64,000 bases of DNA from Eledone cirrhosa (lineage: Eukaryota). Shown piece after piece: positions 29,861 to 45,294 of the stretch. The stretch lies in the NCBI GenBank assembly GCA_964016885.1, contig OZ024741.1:185504001-185568000 (forward strand), in the 5' to 3' direction. The notes beneath the pieces were generated by a model. The model did no database searches. It was not told the DNA's origin and saw only the letters and a program-made list of their open reading frames with translations. Every line of letters begins with the position of its first letter. Within the stretch, counting starts at the first letter, position 1. Position numbers and translations under genes: made by a program.

Positions 29861-31745
29861 TTTGGCTAAGAAAATCACACCGTGCCTAATCATTTGGGGG
29901 ATACAGTTAAATGGAAACGCCCTCCAAGACAACACAAAAATAAATCTTTAATCTTATTGACTACAATCGCTACAATGTACTTGGTCTACATTTCAATAGT
30001 GATATCTAAATAACTCGCCCTATTCAACCAACTCTGTTGGCCTCTAAACTACTAGAAGAAACATCATGTAGTATATGTTTGTAAATCTGAACGACAACAG
30101 TGTTATAAGTCTATTTATTTAAACTTTTGCAACCTATCTAAAAACCAAACTCGCACGTAAATAAATTTTTTAAAAATCTGCTAGAAGCGAGCTACAATTC
30201 CCGCCCATGGTTATTCATGTGAAGTGCTTGAAAACACTACCTAACAAACGTAACAGATCTATTACTATCTTTGAAACTAATAATGTTTTTGAACTAATTT
30301 TCCGCCCAAAAGCTGTACCCGTTAAACATTATCCTAGTCATAAAACGTTTCCGTTCCTACATGACGCATATGTATATTTCTGTCCGAATACTCAATCAAC
30401 TTGCCTACCCATCCCATCTTGAAGCAAACTTAAATCAAGCTAGGGTATAATATAAAGATATCGTAAGCGTGCAAAGTTTTTTTTTAACCTTAGCTTAAAC
30501 AAATATCTGTTCCTATATTCCACCTCAAGTCCGTACCACTAATGCTATAAATCAGATCACATTATTTATAACAAAAGCTTCGTAAACCACAGTTAAAGCC
30601 TAATACTTTCACCTGTCTATCCTTGCTGCTTCTGGTGCCTGCTATAAATCATCTCTTATGCGGAATCCTATACAGCTTGAGAATCTGGAAAAATGTAAGA
30701 GTACATTTATCTCCTCCTTAACCTACAATCACTTCAAACAGCCCCACTTCTTGCATAACTCTCTTGAACAATGAATCAACAAATCAACAAATCTGTAAGT
30801 CCCATTACCATTAAAATCATAATCATTGCAATATCTCAACTAATTCTTACAAATAATTACGTACCACCGCTTGATACGCCAGCACAAAAATATACTTATC
30901 ACAAAAGTCAATTAAATACTGTTGTCAATTAAATACTGTTGAAATTCTGGAAATGAATATCCTCCACCAATTCAACTGAACTACACTCTCTTACGATTAA
31001 CCATGCTAATGAACCTTTCCCTCTAGCAGTCTTAGTCCTGTCGTATTTACTGTTAATTTCATGCTTGAATTCATCAGCTGAACTTGAAACAATCCATCTT
31101 ATTATAGAATTATTCACTCTAACACTATCCCAATATACTTTTTCTGTCAACATCAACCACCTAAGATCACCATTCAAAATTATATTAAAATAATCCGTAA
31201 ATCCGTGCCCCAATTTGCCATTGCAAAATATTGAATATCTAAAATTACGTATCGGCTGACAAACTTCTTTAACATGCCTACTGGCATTGATTATAATTAA
31301 ATACCTCACTAATTGTCGTTCAACGATATATATAATTAACAAAAACATCCCTTTTCTAACAACCAAAAGTAAGAGTTTATGCATATTCCTATTTCAAAAA
31401 TTTGAATTCAGTCATAGGGATTTACTGACGACGGAGATAACAACATATCCGGGTTTAACCTTACTAGGTTTATCTCATATTCATATGTATGTATATGATT
31501 CAGGACAGCGCACCCAGGGTAGTGTAATACAATCAACTTCATAATGGTGCACGTAATTTAGGCAGACTATTACTCAGATATCAAGACAAACTGAAGTACA
31601 ATCTTAAATCTGTCAACATACTTCTTACGCCATATATCTACTGTAGTGTTTTTTCTCCAGAGTTTGACTGAGGAGATAGACTGTCCGTTTTTTCGTTATT
31701 TGTTCCGTTGACTTTTGAAATAAACACACACACATTCACAGTCCA

Positions 31746-31823
<78 letters not shown>

Positions 31824-31824
31824 T

Positions 31825-32073
31825 AATGAACCAAAGTATCGTCTTCCTGTCTTCCTCCGGTTGCAACGTTTTTTGAAATATCCACTTCTGCGTTTACAGA
31901 TTGACTTTGTTAGTTTCAGAAGATCCCGTTAAGGGTGAAAGCAGCGATTCTTTGCTTAAACTTTAATCTGTTATTTTAATAAATATTTGCTCGACGGTTC
32001 TTATATATTTGATATATATTTATCCTTATCGAGCCCTCTTTGGATTTTAGTCTTCAATTTTATTATTATTACT
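31825..32073 (+). mobile_element. Solo family-A pLTR
   Basis: Near-identical to 5826-6070; motif at 31912-31962. Confidence 0.88.
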
Positions 32074-33239
32074 ATATATATATATTAATGAGAGTCGAAA
32101 GCCGACGGGTGAGCCCATGGCGTTTCAACAGCTAGTTTCAGACTGATTGCCGAAGGGCTTGGTGGTTTACAGGCTGTATCATCAGCGGTGATGTATCCAA
32201 ATGTAAATTCTCTTCATATAAGTGTTATATTTTAGGGAATGGGTGTGTGTGTAGATATCTAGCTTAGTGAGAGTTCATATGCATGTGTGCGTCTATGCGC
32301 ACATCCGAGTGTATCTCCCTCGTCAGCTCGAGATTGAATAATCGTGGAGAGAGTGTGGAATTATATTTATCGAAAAAATATACTACGGTGTCTTTGTAAG
32401 TGTGTGTGTAGTACTTCCCCCAGGCATGGTTATTATGACCTTCAGACAACAGGTCTATAGAATTGGCGTCAGACCTTACATCAGATCGCCCTAATCAAAG
32501 AATTGTCCACATTCACGGATTGACTAATTATATATATCTGTTAACGAAGGAACGACTTATTTGTTAGTTATCTGAAAAAAGTAAAACAAAACAAAAAAAA
32601 ACAACAAAAATGGAACAACCAGCCGGCCCTCTTAAATTAAATCTAATGGATTTTATGGTTCGTGTTTATTTACTAGTAACTAAGCTAGCACTTAAATTAC
32701 CTTAAATTACGGTTAGGAGTATAGATTTAATTTACTAAAAATATACACATTTCCTGGTATTACGGAGTTAGCGGTTGTGATTATATTTCATGTATTTATC
32801 GTGGAATAAGTAGAATAGCTGATTACTATTTATTATGCAATATAATGAGCCTATGTTTGTCTTGGTTACGTATGTGTGCTCCAATGGAGCTGTCTGCGTG
32901 CAATTAGGTATTGGTATTTCTGTAATGAAGGGCGGCAGTGTGAGGCTTGGTATTGTCGTTTTAATGACGCTATTGTAAAAATGTTGTGATACGTACCTAT
33001 GGTACTATCGGCTCAGGTGTTTCAATAAGAGCTACTTCTGTGTATATTTCTGGGTGCTAGTGAGGTCTGCCAGTGAGGCTTGCGTAGATTAGTGCTCGTT
33101 TGTGCATAAGCACTAGTTCTGAGCTTATTTCTGGATAGTATTAGAGTCTACTATTGAACTTTGTGTGGTGTTGTGCTCATTTATGCATATGTGTTATGTA
33201 GACCTAGGTATGTATTTACAAGTGTGGTTACATAATAAT

Positions 33240-33426
33240 TGTTTCTACTTTAGGCACAAGGCCAGCAAATACCCAGTGCATTACTGGTACTTTATTTTAT
33301 CGACCCCGTAAGGATGAAAGGCAAAGTCAACCTCGGCGGCATTTGAACTCAGATCGTAAAGGGACGTAACTATGCTGGAAAGCATGACGTCCGACCCTCT
33401 ACCGATACTGCCAATCCACCACCCTC
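33240..33426 (-). mobile_element. Full SINE family 1 with 17-bp TSD
   Basis: TSD tgtggttacataataat at 33223-33239 and 33427-33443. Confidence 0.92.
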
Positions 33427-34101
33427 TGTGGTTACATAATAATGTGGGCAAATGTACTATGATAAGCTAGGGTGTCTGTTGCAGTGTGTGTATGTGCAAT
33501 GGGTTTTCGGAAAGGTGTTTTGCTCGCTTGGATCATGAGAAAGTTTACAGTTGAGGTATGTTGTGTGAATCCGGTGTTTCCACGAAGTCACGAGTTCATT
33601 TTTTAATTTGATTATGTTGATCGCCAATTAGAACAATAAGATAAATATTCAACTCACAGGCACATCTTACCAAATGTTAATCACGAATTCTATTAGAAAT
33701 TGACAGTTCTATCATTTTTTTTTTTAAATCCGATGGACGGATAAATTTAGGAAAGCTATTCTTACATATTAATCATGAATGACAATAAATGAATATAAAA
33801 AGAAGGTAAAAGTGAACACCAAAGTAGATACGGTATACCATGTTTGAAAGAAAAGAAAAAAAAAACTGTTCACACGCATACAGACACACGCACAAACACA
33901 TGCACATACATACACATACACATCTACCGAAATCTTTCTCTCTGTGTTTCTGTCTTTATCTTTCTAGTCGGGAACTAGCTGTCGAAACAGCAAGAATTCA
34001 GCCGTCGGGTCTCGACTCTTTATAATATAGCCATACTCTATTACACCATGTATCGAGTACTCTGTTAACTAATGATCTAACCAGTTTCCAACGGATTCTA
34101 T

Positions 34102-34159
<58 letters not shown>

Positions 34160-34161
<2 letters not shown>

Positions 34162-34313
34162 CGGAGGAAATGTGGTAAGGAACCAGGTGGACCATAACGC
34201 ACCAAAGTACTCAATACTTAGGGTAGTAGAGTGGGTAATAGGAACGAGTAGGACCCTCGTCCAGAATTAGCCGTCGAAACGGCTTGAGCTCAGCCGTCGG
34301 GGTCCTACTCGTT

Positions 34314-34318
<5 letters not shown>
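34160..34318. mobile_element. Foldback family C
   Basis: Homologous to 46278-46473 and 63581-63770; (TA)n on both sides. Confidence 0.85.
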
Positions 34319-34348
<30 letters not shown>

Positions 34349-34352
<4 letters not shown>

Positions 34353-34625
34353 TAAAATAACAGATTAAAGTTTAAGCAAAGAATCGCTGCTTTCACCCTT
34401 AACTCTTTGGATTTTAGTCTTCAAATGTATTATTATTACTAATTGGCAGTATCGGTAGATGGTCGGACGCCATGCTTTCCAGCATAGTTACGTCTCTTTA
34501 CGATCTGAGTTCAAATCCCGCCGAGGTTGACTTTGCCTTTCATCCTTACGGGGTCGATAAAATAAAGTACCAGTAATGTACTGGATAATTGCTGGCCCTG
34601 TGCCAAAAGTAGAAACAATTATTAC
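34349..34625. mobile_element. Inverted family-A pLTR scraps followed by SINE family 1
   Basis: 34349-34403 minus and 34404-34440 plus pieces of family A; SINE at 34441-34625. Confidence 0.8.
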
Positions 34626-34689
34626 TATATATATATATATATATCGTGACGAAACTTAAGTCAATTGCATGAACTCATAATCCCTTATT

Positions 34690-34747
34690 TACTGTTATAT
34701 ATATTTCGATGATAGCCATTGAATGGCTATGACCTCATCAGGCAGTT
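34690..34747 (-). ncRNA. Canonical hammerhead (family F relative)
   Basis: actgc CTGATGA ggtcatagcca-ttcaa-tggctatcatc GAAA tatata TA acagt. Confidence 0.75.
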
Positions 34748-35633
34748 AGTCAGTTCTTAGATATGCCACCTCTGTGTTTATAGTGTTGATGGTATCAGAG
34801 CCTTGGGACATATGAGCTTGTTAGGAATAATTTAATGTTGTCAGCAGGAATAGTCTTAATTCTCATTGGTCAGTTTGTAGATGCTAGTAGGGTTGGTATT
34901 TGACCTCAAAGAGGAAGGTGGTGTTGTAAAGTTCAAACCGTCAGGCAAGATGACAATAGTTCCAAGTGACTGATTTTCACAAAAAGCATTCCTGGTCAGA
35001 TATATATTCAATTAAGATTAATAGTATGAAATAGATACTACAGGTCATTCTTAAATTGAGGAATTTATGTGGAGTGGTGCTACTGAAAATTATGGTTAGA
35101 GTAGAACATTTACAAATAATAAGACTTATGTAGGTTGGCTTGCACGTACACTCACACCCACCTCCACAGACACCTACACACATCCACACATACAAATTGA
35201 GGAATTAATGTGGGCTGGTAATTCTTAAAATAATGGTTAGAGTCCAATACTTAGATAGTTTAGAAAATTTAGAAATAAAAGCTTATGTTGGTTGACTTGT
35301 AGATACACTCACACCTACCCCTCAGACACACACACACACACACATCTACACACACCAATCCATATAGGTGTGTATATATATATATGTACACACAAGTATA
35401 TATATATAAAATATATATATATATAAAATATACATATACATAAAATTATATATATATAAAATATATATATATATATAAATATATACATATATAAAACACA
35501 TACACACATAAAATATACATACATATATATATATAAAATACACACATATATATATATATATATATAAAATATATACATATATATACATACATATAAAATA
35601 CACATATATACACATATAAAATATATACACATA

Positions 35634-35689
<56 letters not shown>

Positions 35690-35694
<5 letters not shown>

Positions 35695-38600
35695 CAGGTT
35701 CAATAAAACGTGGTTTTGATGACTCCTAACCAGTAGAGGATCAGGTGGACCATCCACCATAGGGACCACAAACTATGGGTGGTTGTATTTGTCCATTGGT
35801 CATTGGTACGGGGTGTAGGGGACCTACAGAGAGGAGGGGCGTTGTGGGAGGCCTTAACCGGGGTTTATCCATATAGTTTGAGGAAAATTCCCGTCCTTAG
35901 GTGTCTGCAGGCACCGAAGAAGTCGGCCCTTCTGTATAATAGTTTGGTTCCGCCATGAAGAATCTAGAGTGTCTCACTAAGGCAGACGTTGCAAATACCA
36001 GACCCGCCTCTGTCTGGGGGAACTGTTCTAACCACGGACCAGACCAGAGAGTGCGGGGTCTTTGGAAGTTTGAGCTTCCAGATCAATTCAGAAAGGGCCG
36101 TACATGTCCTCTTATCTATTCTGTTAAAGGAATGGCGATGGATATACCACCGATCTTTGAAGCTCGTCGCTGTGGATCCTATGTAGTGGTGCTCCGAGTT
36201 AGGGGTTGTGACCTTGCACCTGTAGACTACGTTTTTCGTCATGCATCCATTACTAAGGGGGCATAGTGATGGGTCTCTGCAATTACATGACTTCTTAAGC
36301 CCCATCACATGTACCGCGTGGTTACCATCACTCGGGGATGGTTAGGTAGCCTCCGCAATCAGCACAGGGTCGTTGGGTTCCGGTGTGCTAGTTGGGCCTG
36401 TCCGGGTTCCGGTGCGTCCTGCGTGCTGGTTCTGTTGAGTGGTTCCGGGGTTTACGGTGGTATTAGAAGCAGTGAGCCTATTCCTATTTATGCCAGCTAT
36501 GTGCTGGGCTACGGAGCGTGTGGTTGAGTAGGAAAGTTTCACCGTGTGCCTGTTGAATATTTTATGGTACTTGTGGGCCCTAGGGAAACATTTATCCAGT
36601 ACTCTAAAGAATGTTCTACCCAGGCTGGTACGTAGACCCACCGAGTACGGAGGGTTATACCAAGTGACCTTCCTGGTCCTATTCTTGCGTGGTTGTTGGG
36701 TGTCTGCCGTGATCCATCGCGTGGTTGTGCACAGCTCAGGTCGAGCTAGGTTGGTGTCACTCAGGTGTGCGGAGCGGTCACTATCATGAGGGTTATATGG
36801 GCCCACTGTGGGGCTATAAACCTGCGAGGTGCGGCCTCCCTGCTCAATTAGGGTTCGGCGGGTGGTGGGGCCGGTGCAGAGGTGCCTCTGCTTCGCAGCA
36901 CAGTGGTCTTCAGCGTTGTAGACCGGTGGGCTATTCGGGGCCTTCTACCGCGGGTGGTGACTGATAGGGGTCTGGGAGTGTTACTACTGGTCACCGAGGT
37001 ATTAGGTGGGCGACTCATGCCCCTGAGGGTATTGGTTCGGGGTACCGTTGGGTCATCTCGATCATGTCCCTTAGGGTTGTAGCTGATCCTATGGCCTTGG
37101 GACGCCTTGGTTAGTGCTGAGTTATAGTAATCAGCGCTACTATTGAAGATCTCTTTATTGGCTGACAAGTTAGAGATCCTGTCAGAGACACTCTTAACTA
37201 CGGCCTTAATTATAGATCTAGGGTGATTGGACCCAGCGTTGATATACACCAGCTTCTCATTGGGTTTATGATATGGGTGGTGTAGCTTGGTGTTGAGGTT
37301 GAGGGTGGTGTCCAGGAAATTCACTACTTTTCTATTGAGTTCCATCTCTACTTCAAGTCCTACCTTGCTAAAGAAGTGCCTAATTCTCCTCTTCACATTT
37401 TCGACCATTGTGGTGCTGCGGTCCACTACGGTCAAGGGTGCGTCGTCTCGGTACAGCCCGCCACCCATGTTTGGTATTTCTCTCCTGATCTCGTAGAGTA
37501 TGTATATCCCAACCAAGTCCGTTAGCCGCGCGGAGTCACTGGAGCCCATTATAATGTCAAAATTATTTGGCCAGTCACTCCGGGTTCATATGTCCCCACC
37601 GAATGGGATCAGGGTCTTTCTGGCGGCGTGTATGATTCGGACCTCGTCGCGTGTTAGGTCTGTCCTATTCATCGCGAATATGAGTGCCTTGTTCAGGACT
37701 ATGGGCGAGATAGAGGATTAGTAATTGTTGATGTCTAGTTATATGAAGCTAGTCCTATGTTTGTCAGGTAAAAATGTAAACCAGTCCAACACCTGGCTGG
37801 TGCAGGACCAGAGTTGTAATCTTATTTTACTCTTAAGTGTGGTCTTAATCCTATCTAAAATGCTTTTGCTAATAACCCCCATGTATATCAGTCTGACCGG
37901 CAAGTTAGTCTCGAAGTTTGGTTTGTGGTCCTTAATGGTAATTCTCTGCTCATTGATTGGTATGGGGCCGTCTTATCATCTATACCAAGACCAGATACGA
38001 TCTCATAAGCCTTGATGTTGATATCCTCCAGGGTCGCCTCGGGCCTTTTTTTGTAGCTTTTTCACAGTTCCCTGAGGATTAGCTCATGGTAAAGTTGAAC
38101 GTCCATGCTGTAAAGGTTGTTGGTTTTGTCGGCATGGACGAGTATTCCTGTAGATTACTTAAGCTCGGTAATTCCATTTACCAGACGTCTAAGGTACTCT
38201 CGACCCCGGTATGGTTGGTCGGAAAATTTGATGTTGGAAATGATGCCAATCATTTCGTTCTCGAACTCTTCCAATAGTCTGTTGTAGGGGAGGGGGGGTT
38301 CTTCTTGATCTGAAGAGGCACTCCATGGTTTTTTGGTTATTAATATTGGGGTTTCCTCTATCAAAGTGGTAAGCCCCCCCCCCCCACCCCATCCTGCGTA
38401 TTAGGGAGTCAGTACTCTTAGTGAGATTCCTGGTGTATTCTCTTTTACCCGGTAATGGGATGTCCTTCAGTGATGCCAGAGTGGTGAGTTTATTCATATT
38501 GGCTGCGGTCCGCTACTGCATGAAGCGCTCAACAGGGTGTGGAGCATGGGGTAAGCAATATTATATATAATATAAAATCAAAAGATCGTTAAAAGAGATC

Positions 38601-38899
38601 CAAGTATTTTATTATGCGCATTTCAAAAACAAATATCATCATGGGATGATATCTGCGTTCTCATCAGATAAAATACGGATACATGATATGAAGCTTAAAA
38701 AAGACTTGTGAATAGTGAAGTTTTAAATCAACATATGTTGATTTAAAACTTCACTATTCACAAGTGTTTTTTAAGCTTCATATCATGTATCCGTATTTTA
38801 TCTGATGAGAACGCAGATATCATCCCATGATGATATTTGTTTTTGAAATGCGCATAATAAAATACTTGGAACTCTTTTAACCATCTTTTGATCTTATAT
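35690..38899 (-). mobile_element. Near full-length decayed PLE (PLE-3) with inverted 5' pLTR
   Basis: Fragmented ORF 38497->35865: SLKDIP, MGSSDSA, GGLYRDD, VNFLDTTL, SNHP, WYNPPYS, CNCRDPSLCPLSNGC, VVY..YIGST, CNVC; palindrome at 38571-38899. Confidence 0.93.
38604..38676 (-). ncRNA. Canonical hammerhead upstream of the PLE-3 ORF (family B)
   Basis: gtattttat CTGATGA..GAA ATGCGCAT A ataaaatac; mirror copy on the plus strand at 38793-38865. Confidence 0.85.
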
Positions 38900-39493
38900 T
38901 ATTTATACTCCAGTCCTACAAACTGTAGAGTGCTACTTATCCGATATTTGAATTGCTTTATTGTGCTACAATAAAACTCACCCCCTACATATATATAATA
39001 TCATATTGGGAAGCTAAACGTGACGGCATGTTTTGATCATAGATTTAGTTACATTTCTAGGGGATCATTCGACCATGTTGAGGTTCGATGGTGTGACGTT
39101 ACCGACGCCTAAGTGTTTTGTCCATATTTTTACAGAATTGTTAATTGTCTACCGGCCATTTTATGTCACAAGAGCAGTAAGTGTTAATTGCTGTTGTAAA
39201 ATTATTAGTGGAGGATAGGAATAATTTCTATCTAGCATTAATACAAGCTGACAGATCATTAATGTAGCAGTGAACTGTGTATGCATAAGACACCTGAATC
39301 CCCTGTGGATCTAGGATGTGTTGTGTAGTGTGGGTGTGAAAGAGGAAGATGCGGCGGTCAGAATAAGTGAGATAAAGCACCTTAGAATTTGACGTAAAAT
39401 GCCAATTGGAGATTCGGGTGATAAATGTCAGAAACGGTTGGAATGGAGTCTAAATTATTTTACCTTTTCTACACCTTTGCCTGTCCTTATTTC

Positions 39494-39589
<96 letters not shown>

Positions 39590-39685
39590 CACATAAAAAC
39601 ACACAAACACACACACATACACATAGACACACAAACATATATATATGTGTGTGTGTAAATAAAGTCGCAACATTATAATTAACTA

Positions 39686-39803
39686 TAATTATTTCTACCT
39701 TTGGCACAAGGCCAGCAATAATTCCAGTGCATTACTGGTACTTTATTTTATCGACCCCGTAAGGATGAAAGGCAATGTTAATCTCGGCGGGATTTGAACT
39801 CAT
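39686..39803 (-). mobile_element. SINE family 1, 5'-truncated
   Basis: Matches the 3' half of 33240-33426. Confidence 0.8.
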
Positions 39804-40109
39804 AATAGTTGATAATTATAGAAAACCTGCGACGCGATAGCAGTCAATGATGGTGACCTGTGATTCTTTTTTGGATACCTGTCACTGTTGTTGAGAGAGT
39901 GAGATTGGTCCAGTGCAAGGACTCACTTCACTTAAGATAGCGTCAAACTCAGACATCACTTGATCTAAACGACTTTCATGTGTGTTGCGTAAGCATGGCT
40001 TTTTCATTTTTCTTTCACTGCAGCATATGCAGAAGGAATCTAAGTCCTTGGTAGGGCTAAATTGTCATGTTCCTGTCGCTCTTATATGAGAAAAGGTCAT
40101 GACAATTCT

Positions 40110-40255
40110 CGCATGCTTTCCAGCAAAGAGTTATATCCCTTTTCGGTCTGAGTTCAAATCCCGCCGAGGTTAACTTTGCCTTACGGGGTCGATAAAATAA
40201 AGTACCAGTAATGCACTTGGATAATTGCTGGTATTGTGCCAAATGTAGACACAAT

Positions 40256-40256
<1 letters not shown>
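40110..40256 (+). mobile_element. SINE family 1, partial
   Basis: gagttcaaatcccgccgagg..gtcgataaaataaagtaccag. Confidence 0.8.
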
Positions 40257-40319
<63 letters not shown>

Positions 40320-40323
40320 TATG

Positions 40324-40595
40324 GAAATTAGCGAAAAACAACTTCCGAGATGTGTGGCAAGCGCTCCATAGAAGCTAGTGAACTAGAGCAACAACATAAG
40401 TTAAAAGGCCAAACACACTGAGACGATGGTTAAACCATTATCCGCACAGCCATAGAAACGACCAAGTAATTCGGGTCAAACAAATAAAATATGATTGGAA
40501 ATTACACCCGAACCCCTGGAAGGTTGGTAATATCCAGTATTGGGTTTCTGCAACTCCTAAATCAAATACTGCCTACTTAGACAAATAATGTTAAC
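40324..40595 (+). mobile_element. Short repeat family K, uninterrupted copy
   Basis: Its two halves match 22969-23032 and 27463-27540. Confidence 0.7.
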
Positions 40596-41181
40596 ATATA
40601 TATATATATATGTATATATTGCTATTTCAGAGCACCAATCCTAATACCATATATATATATGTATATAATTACGTGTATATGTGTGTATGTATATATATAT
40701 ATACATTACATATATATAAAACTTCCTCAAACTTCTTAAAAACTTATTTTTCTAACCTCCGATGCTGCAATGACATATTTCTCTCTCTGTACACTACATT
40801 TCTTGAATAAGGACTTATGTCCGAAGTGCTGAATACTCTTCTACTTCCTTCCAAGCGTGATAAGTAAGAATTTTTGTTTTTGCATCTCTGTTTATGTTTC
40901 ACAAATAATTAAACCGTGCAATATAATAAATTTGGCCATATTTATTATCTAATCCGATTCAAACTTGATAAACCTCTCAGTTTTGTTGTGCACCCCTTTT
41001 GTCCCGCTACTAGAGTTTCTCTTCTACTTCATTGTGCACTAATTCTATTCTCTGCCTAAATAATATTATATATAAAATATTTCTCCAATAGCTTCTTATA
41101 ATATGTGGAAAGTGTGAGAGACGAAAAGATAGTAATTCTAATTTTGAATCTTTTACGTCTTAGTATTTATATGAATTTATA

Positions 41182-41413
<232 letters not shown>

Positions 41414-42493
41414 TGCCTGAACTTGTATAAATATTTACAAATTAAGTAATTAGACCTATAAACATGCCTCATACACGTATTCCACTGTAAACTGAAAAAG
41501 AGGATGAACATCTTTCCAAAGGGTTTCAAAGCTTTTCCTGTTCTTCTGGAAGTTTTGTATATATCAGGTACATGTTATAAAGTTTATTGAAAATGCAGGA
41601 TTGTTGCAGAGCCAAAAGGCAAGAACAAATTATGAAATTTAGAGGATTATATAACCTAATTGCTTATAGTATCATCACTCTTGTCTGAAATGGATGTAAT
41701 ATTAGTGATCATGTTGGTCGATAAATTTTTACGAAAACTTAATTTTAACAAATTACAGAAGTAAAGACCGACGCTCTAACTATTCCGCTCATCCAGCTTA
41801 CAGAAATGGTACTTTATTTTGTTGACGCCGAAAGGAAATAACACTAAATTGGGCTTAGTCATATTTGAACACATGGTAATGAGAGCAGGAAAAATACTGC
41901 AAGTGATTTTCTTCTACGCTCTTTTCTGTGAGAACAATGTAGCATTCAGGACTATTATTTCATTTTACCGACGCCAAATGAATGAAAGGCAAATTCGGTG
42001 GAATATGAATTCAGAATATACGCTGTGGTACTGTGGTTTTTAAGTCAGAATCCAGAAAACCTAAGACATAACCATAAAACATTTTGTCCTACGCACTAAC
42101 AACAAAAGACTAAGTATTTCAAACCACGTTCAAACCAATCAATAATAATTCTAGGGTAGTTAACAGGAAATAACTGAAAATAAGTCGTTGCGGGCACCCG
42201 TGGAGATTTTAATCATAATATTTTTTCTCGATATAGCATTTCTTGAAAAACATGTTATTGGAATTGACAATAATTTTCTTGGTTGTAGAATGGCCAAGTT
42301 TATTTGAATATATAATTCCCTGTGAATTGATCTATGTAATGCTGGAAGTGCCATTATTCCTAGTAGGTGTGGAGAGGCTGCGTGCTTTAAGTAGACGACT
42401 ATATCTGGTTAATGTTATCACGGGGCGGTCTGTTGCACATTCTACAATCTCCTGATGATTTTGACCGTTTTATATATATATGTTTATATAAAC

Positions 42494-42620
<127 letters not shown>

Positions 42621-42635
42621 AACATATATACTGCA

Positions 42636-42940
<305 letters not shown>

Positions 42941-43228
42941 ATATGCAGGTAGAGTACCGGCGACAGAGAGAACAACTGCGATATAGAAAGAGGCTATGAA
43001 GAATAGAGAATGTCTAAGAAAAAATATTAGAGTAGACAGAAGCAGGTAGAATTACAAATTCAGATAGTCACACATACATTGTGGTAGAGTTTTCTGTTGG
43101 TCAAATTGAATATGAGCTATGATGAAGTGTTTAAATACCTATATACTACGTTTAAATCATAACGAAGCAAAACTTTGTTTTTATCCTTCCAGGGTTTGAT
43201 GCTGTAGGTTCCAATCACGGAATGGGGT

Positions 43229-43263
<35 letters not shown>

Positions 43264-43574
43264 CATACACCGACACACACACAAACCCACACCCACACAC
43301 ATATATATTATGAAGTCCCGACGGGTATGGAAAATGTGGACAGTTAAAAAAGTTACTCAATAAAATCGATTGATAGAGTATAAGCATCCTAATTTTATAA
43401 ACTAATGGAATCGACAGGACTAGAAAAACGTCATTCATATGAAAGCAGCAAGAAATACCTTATATATACGATTTTTCTTATTGATTTTTCGGACATGTGC
43501 ATACATATATACATACATACCTATATATATATAAATATATGCATACATACAACCATGCATATATATATATATAT

Positions 43575-43786
43575 AGAAGTAGTAACACAACTGTTAGTTC
43601 ACCATACCGAGAACAATTGTTTCACTTTTGCGGATCTTCAGCTCGCATCTTCCGCTAGGATCTTCCGCTAAGGTGAAACAATTGTTCTCGGTATGGTGAA
43701 CTAACTGTTGTGTTAGTACTTCTACCAAACTCGTACCATGGACTGAGTGCTCTACCACTATGGGTATTACCTTCCAGTGTTCTACT

Positions 43787-43790
<4 letters not shown>
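43575..43790. mobile_element. Foldback family L with hammerhead
   Basis: Arms 43575-43625 / 43672-43724. Minus 43608-43645: cgag CTGAAGA..GAA ACAATTGT T ctcg. Confidence 0.8.
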
Positions 43791-43817
<27 letters not shown>

Positions 43818-43826
43818 GTATATATA

Positions 43827-43875
<49 letters not shown>

Positions 43876-44027
43876 GCATACATATATACATGGATATATA
43901 AATATATATATATATGTATGTGTGTGTATTTGGAGGGAGTGTGTGAGCATATGCTTATATTTATGTATGTATGTGTGTATGTATGCATATATGTTTTTCT
44001 GGTTTTATAATTTTATATCCTTTACTA

Positions 44028-44185
<158 letters not shown>

Positions 44186-45294
44186 GAAGAGAGAATGAAC
44201 GGTGAGAATTTGTCAAATAATTGGTTCGATTCTTACTTTAAATTGTATTTCGTAGAAGTCATGTGCATGTTAAGTACCGATGCTGTGCATATATAGTCAC
44301 ACACAGAGATAGATAATGATACACGAGAACAAGAACACGCAAGCACTGTCTTGCATGCCGAAGCTTTTGCACGTACAACTTAAATATGTATTTCAACAAA
44401 CATATATATTCATTCTCACACACACACACACGCACATTATATAAATATATAATGTGCATGTGTGTGTGTGAGAATGAATATATAAGGGCGGTGGATTGGC
44501 AGTATCGGTAGAGGTTCGGACGCCATCGTTTGCAGAACAATACATACACAAAGATTACATATATTAATCTAACGAGTGATATAGTGGGAAAACAGTGTTA
44601 ATGTTTTGGACGTCAGTCTATTGTCAGACAATAGAATGGGAGATAAAAAAAAATAAAAGCATAGACAAGAGTAAGAAAAGGAAGCACAAGCGGTGCGCAC
44701 ACATGGATGCGATCTCTTGAATATTTACCAAGTGCACAAGTACATCATTCGCTTTATATGGCAGCACACCAGTCGTTTTGGGACAGCAAGCTAATGGAAT
44801 ACTCGGTAACCAATTGTTAATATCGGAATTCTATTATAATGCTAAATAAAAATCTACATTAGTTTATCTCCGGGAAAATCATAGAAGTATAGAACCTTTC
44901 TAGATTTCTGGGCTGCCTGTTTAAAGACTAAAACGCCACGAATACACAATAAACATTAATAAAGAGATACAAATGATGTATCTAACACACTAACATTTTA
45001 TAATTTGAAACAGTCGTCAGATATGTTAGACTATAGCTGCAAATTGCCTTTATGCTAATTATGCATCTGCGACCAAGACGCAATTATTAACATACCATCT
45101 GTAAAGGGGAAACCGTTTGGATATTAACCACCATTATATATAAGACCGTTTACTCATGAAATACAATGCATGGTCATAGATTAGACAAAAATATTCTAAA
45201 TGTCAAGGTGCAAAACAATCCATGATACTGGGTAGGTACGAACGTCGATACTATTCAGCTTAAACGAAGTCTTCCATCTGACACAAAAATAAAT

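Noticed and set aside
30929-31384. 151-aa ORF as a CDS
   Set aside because: No recognisable motifs and no supporting gene structure.
32440-33640. Degenerate PLE coding region
   Set aside because: It lies upstream of a family-C-like end, but translation gives no reliable motif.
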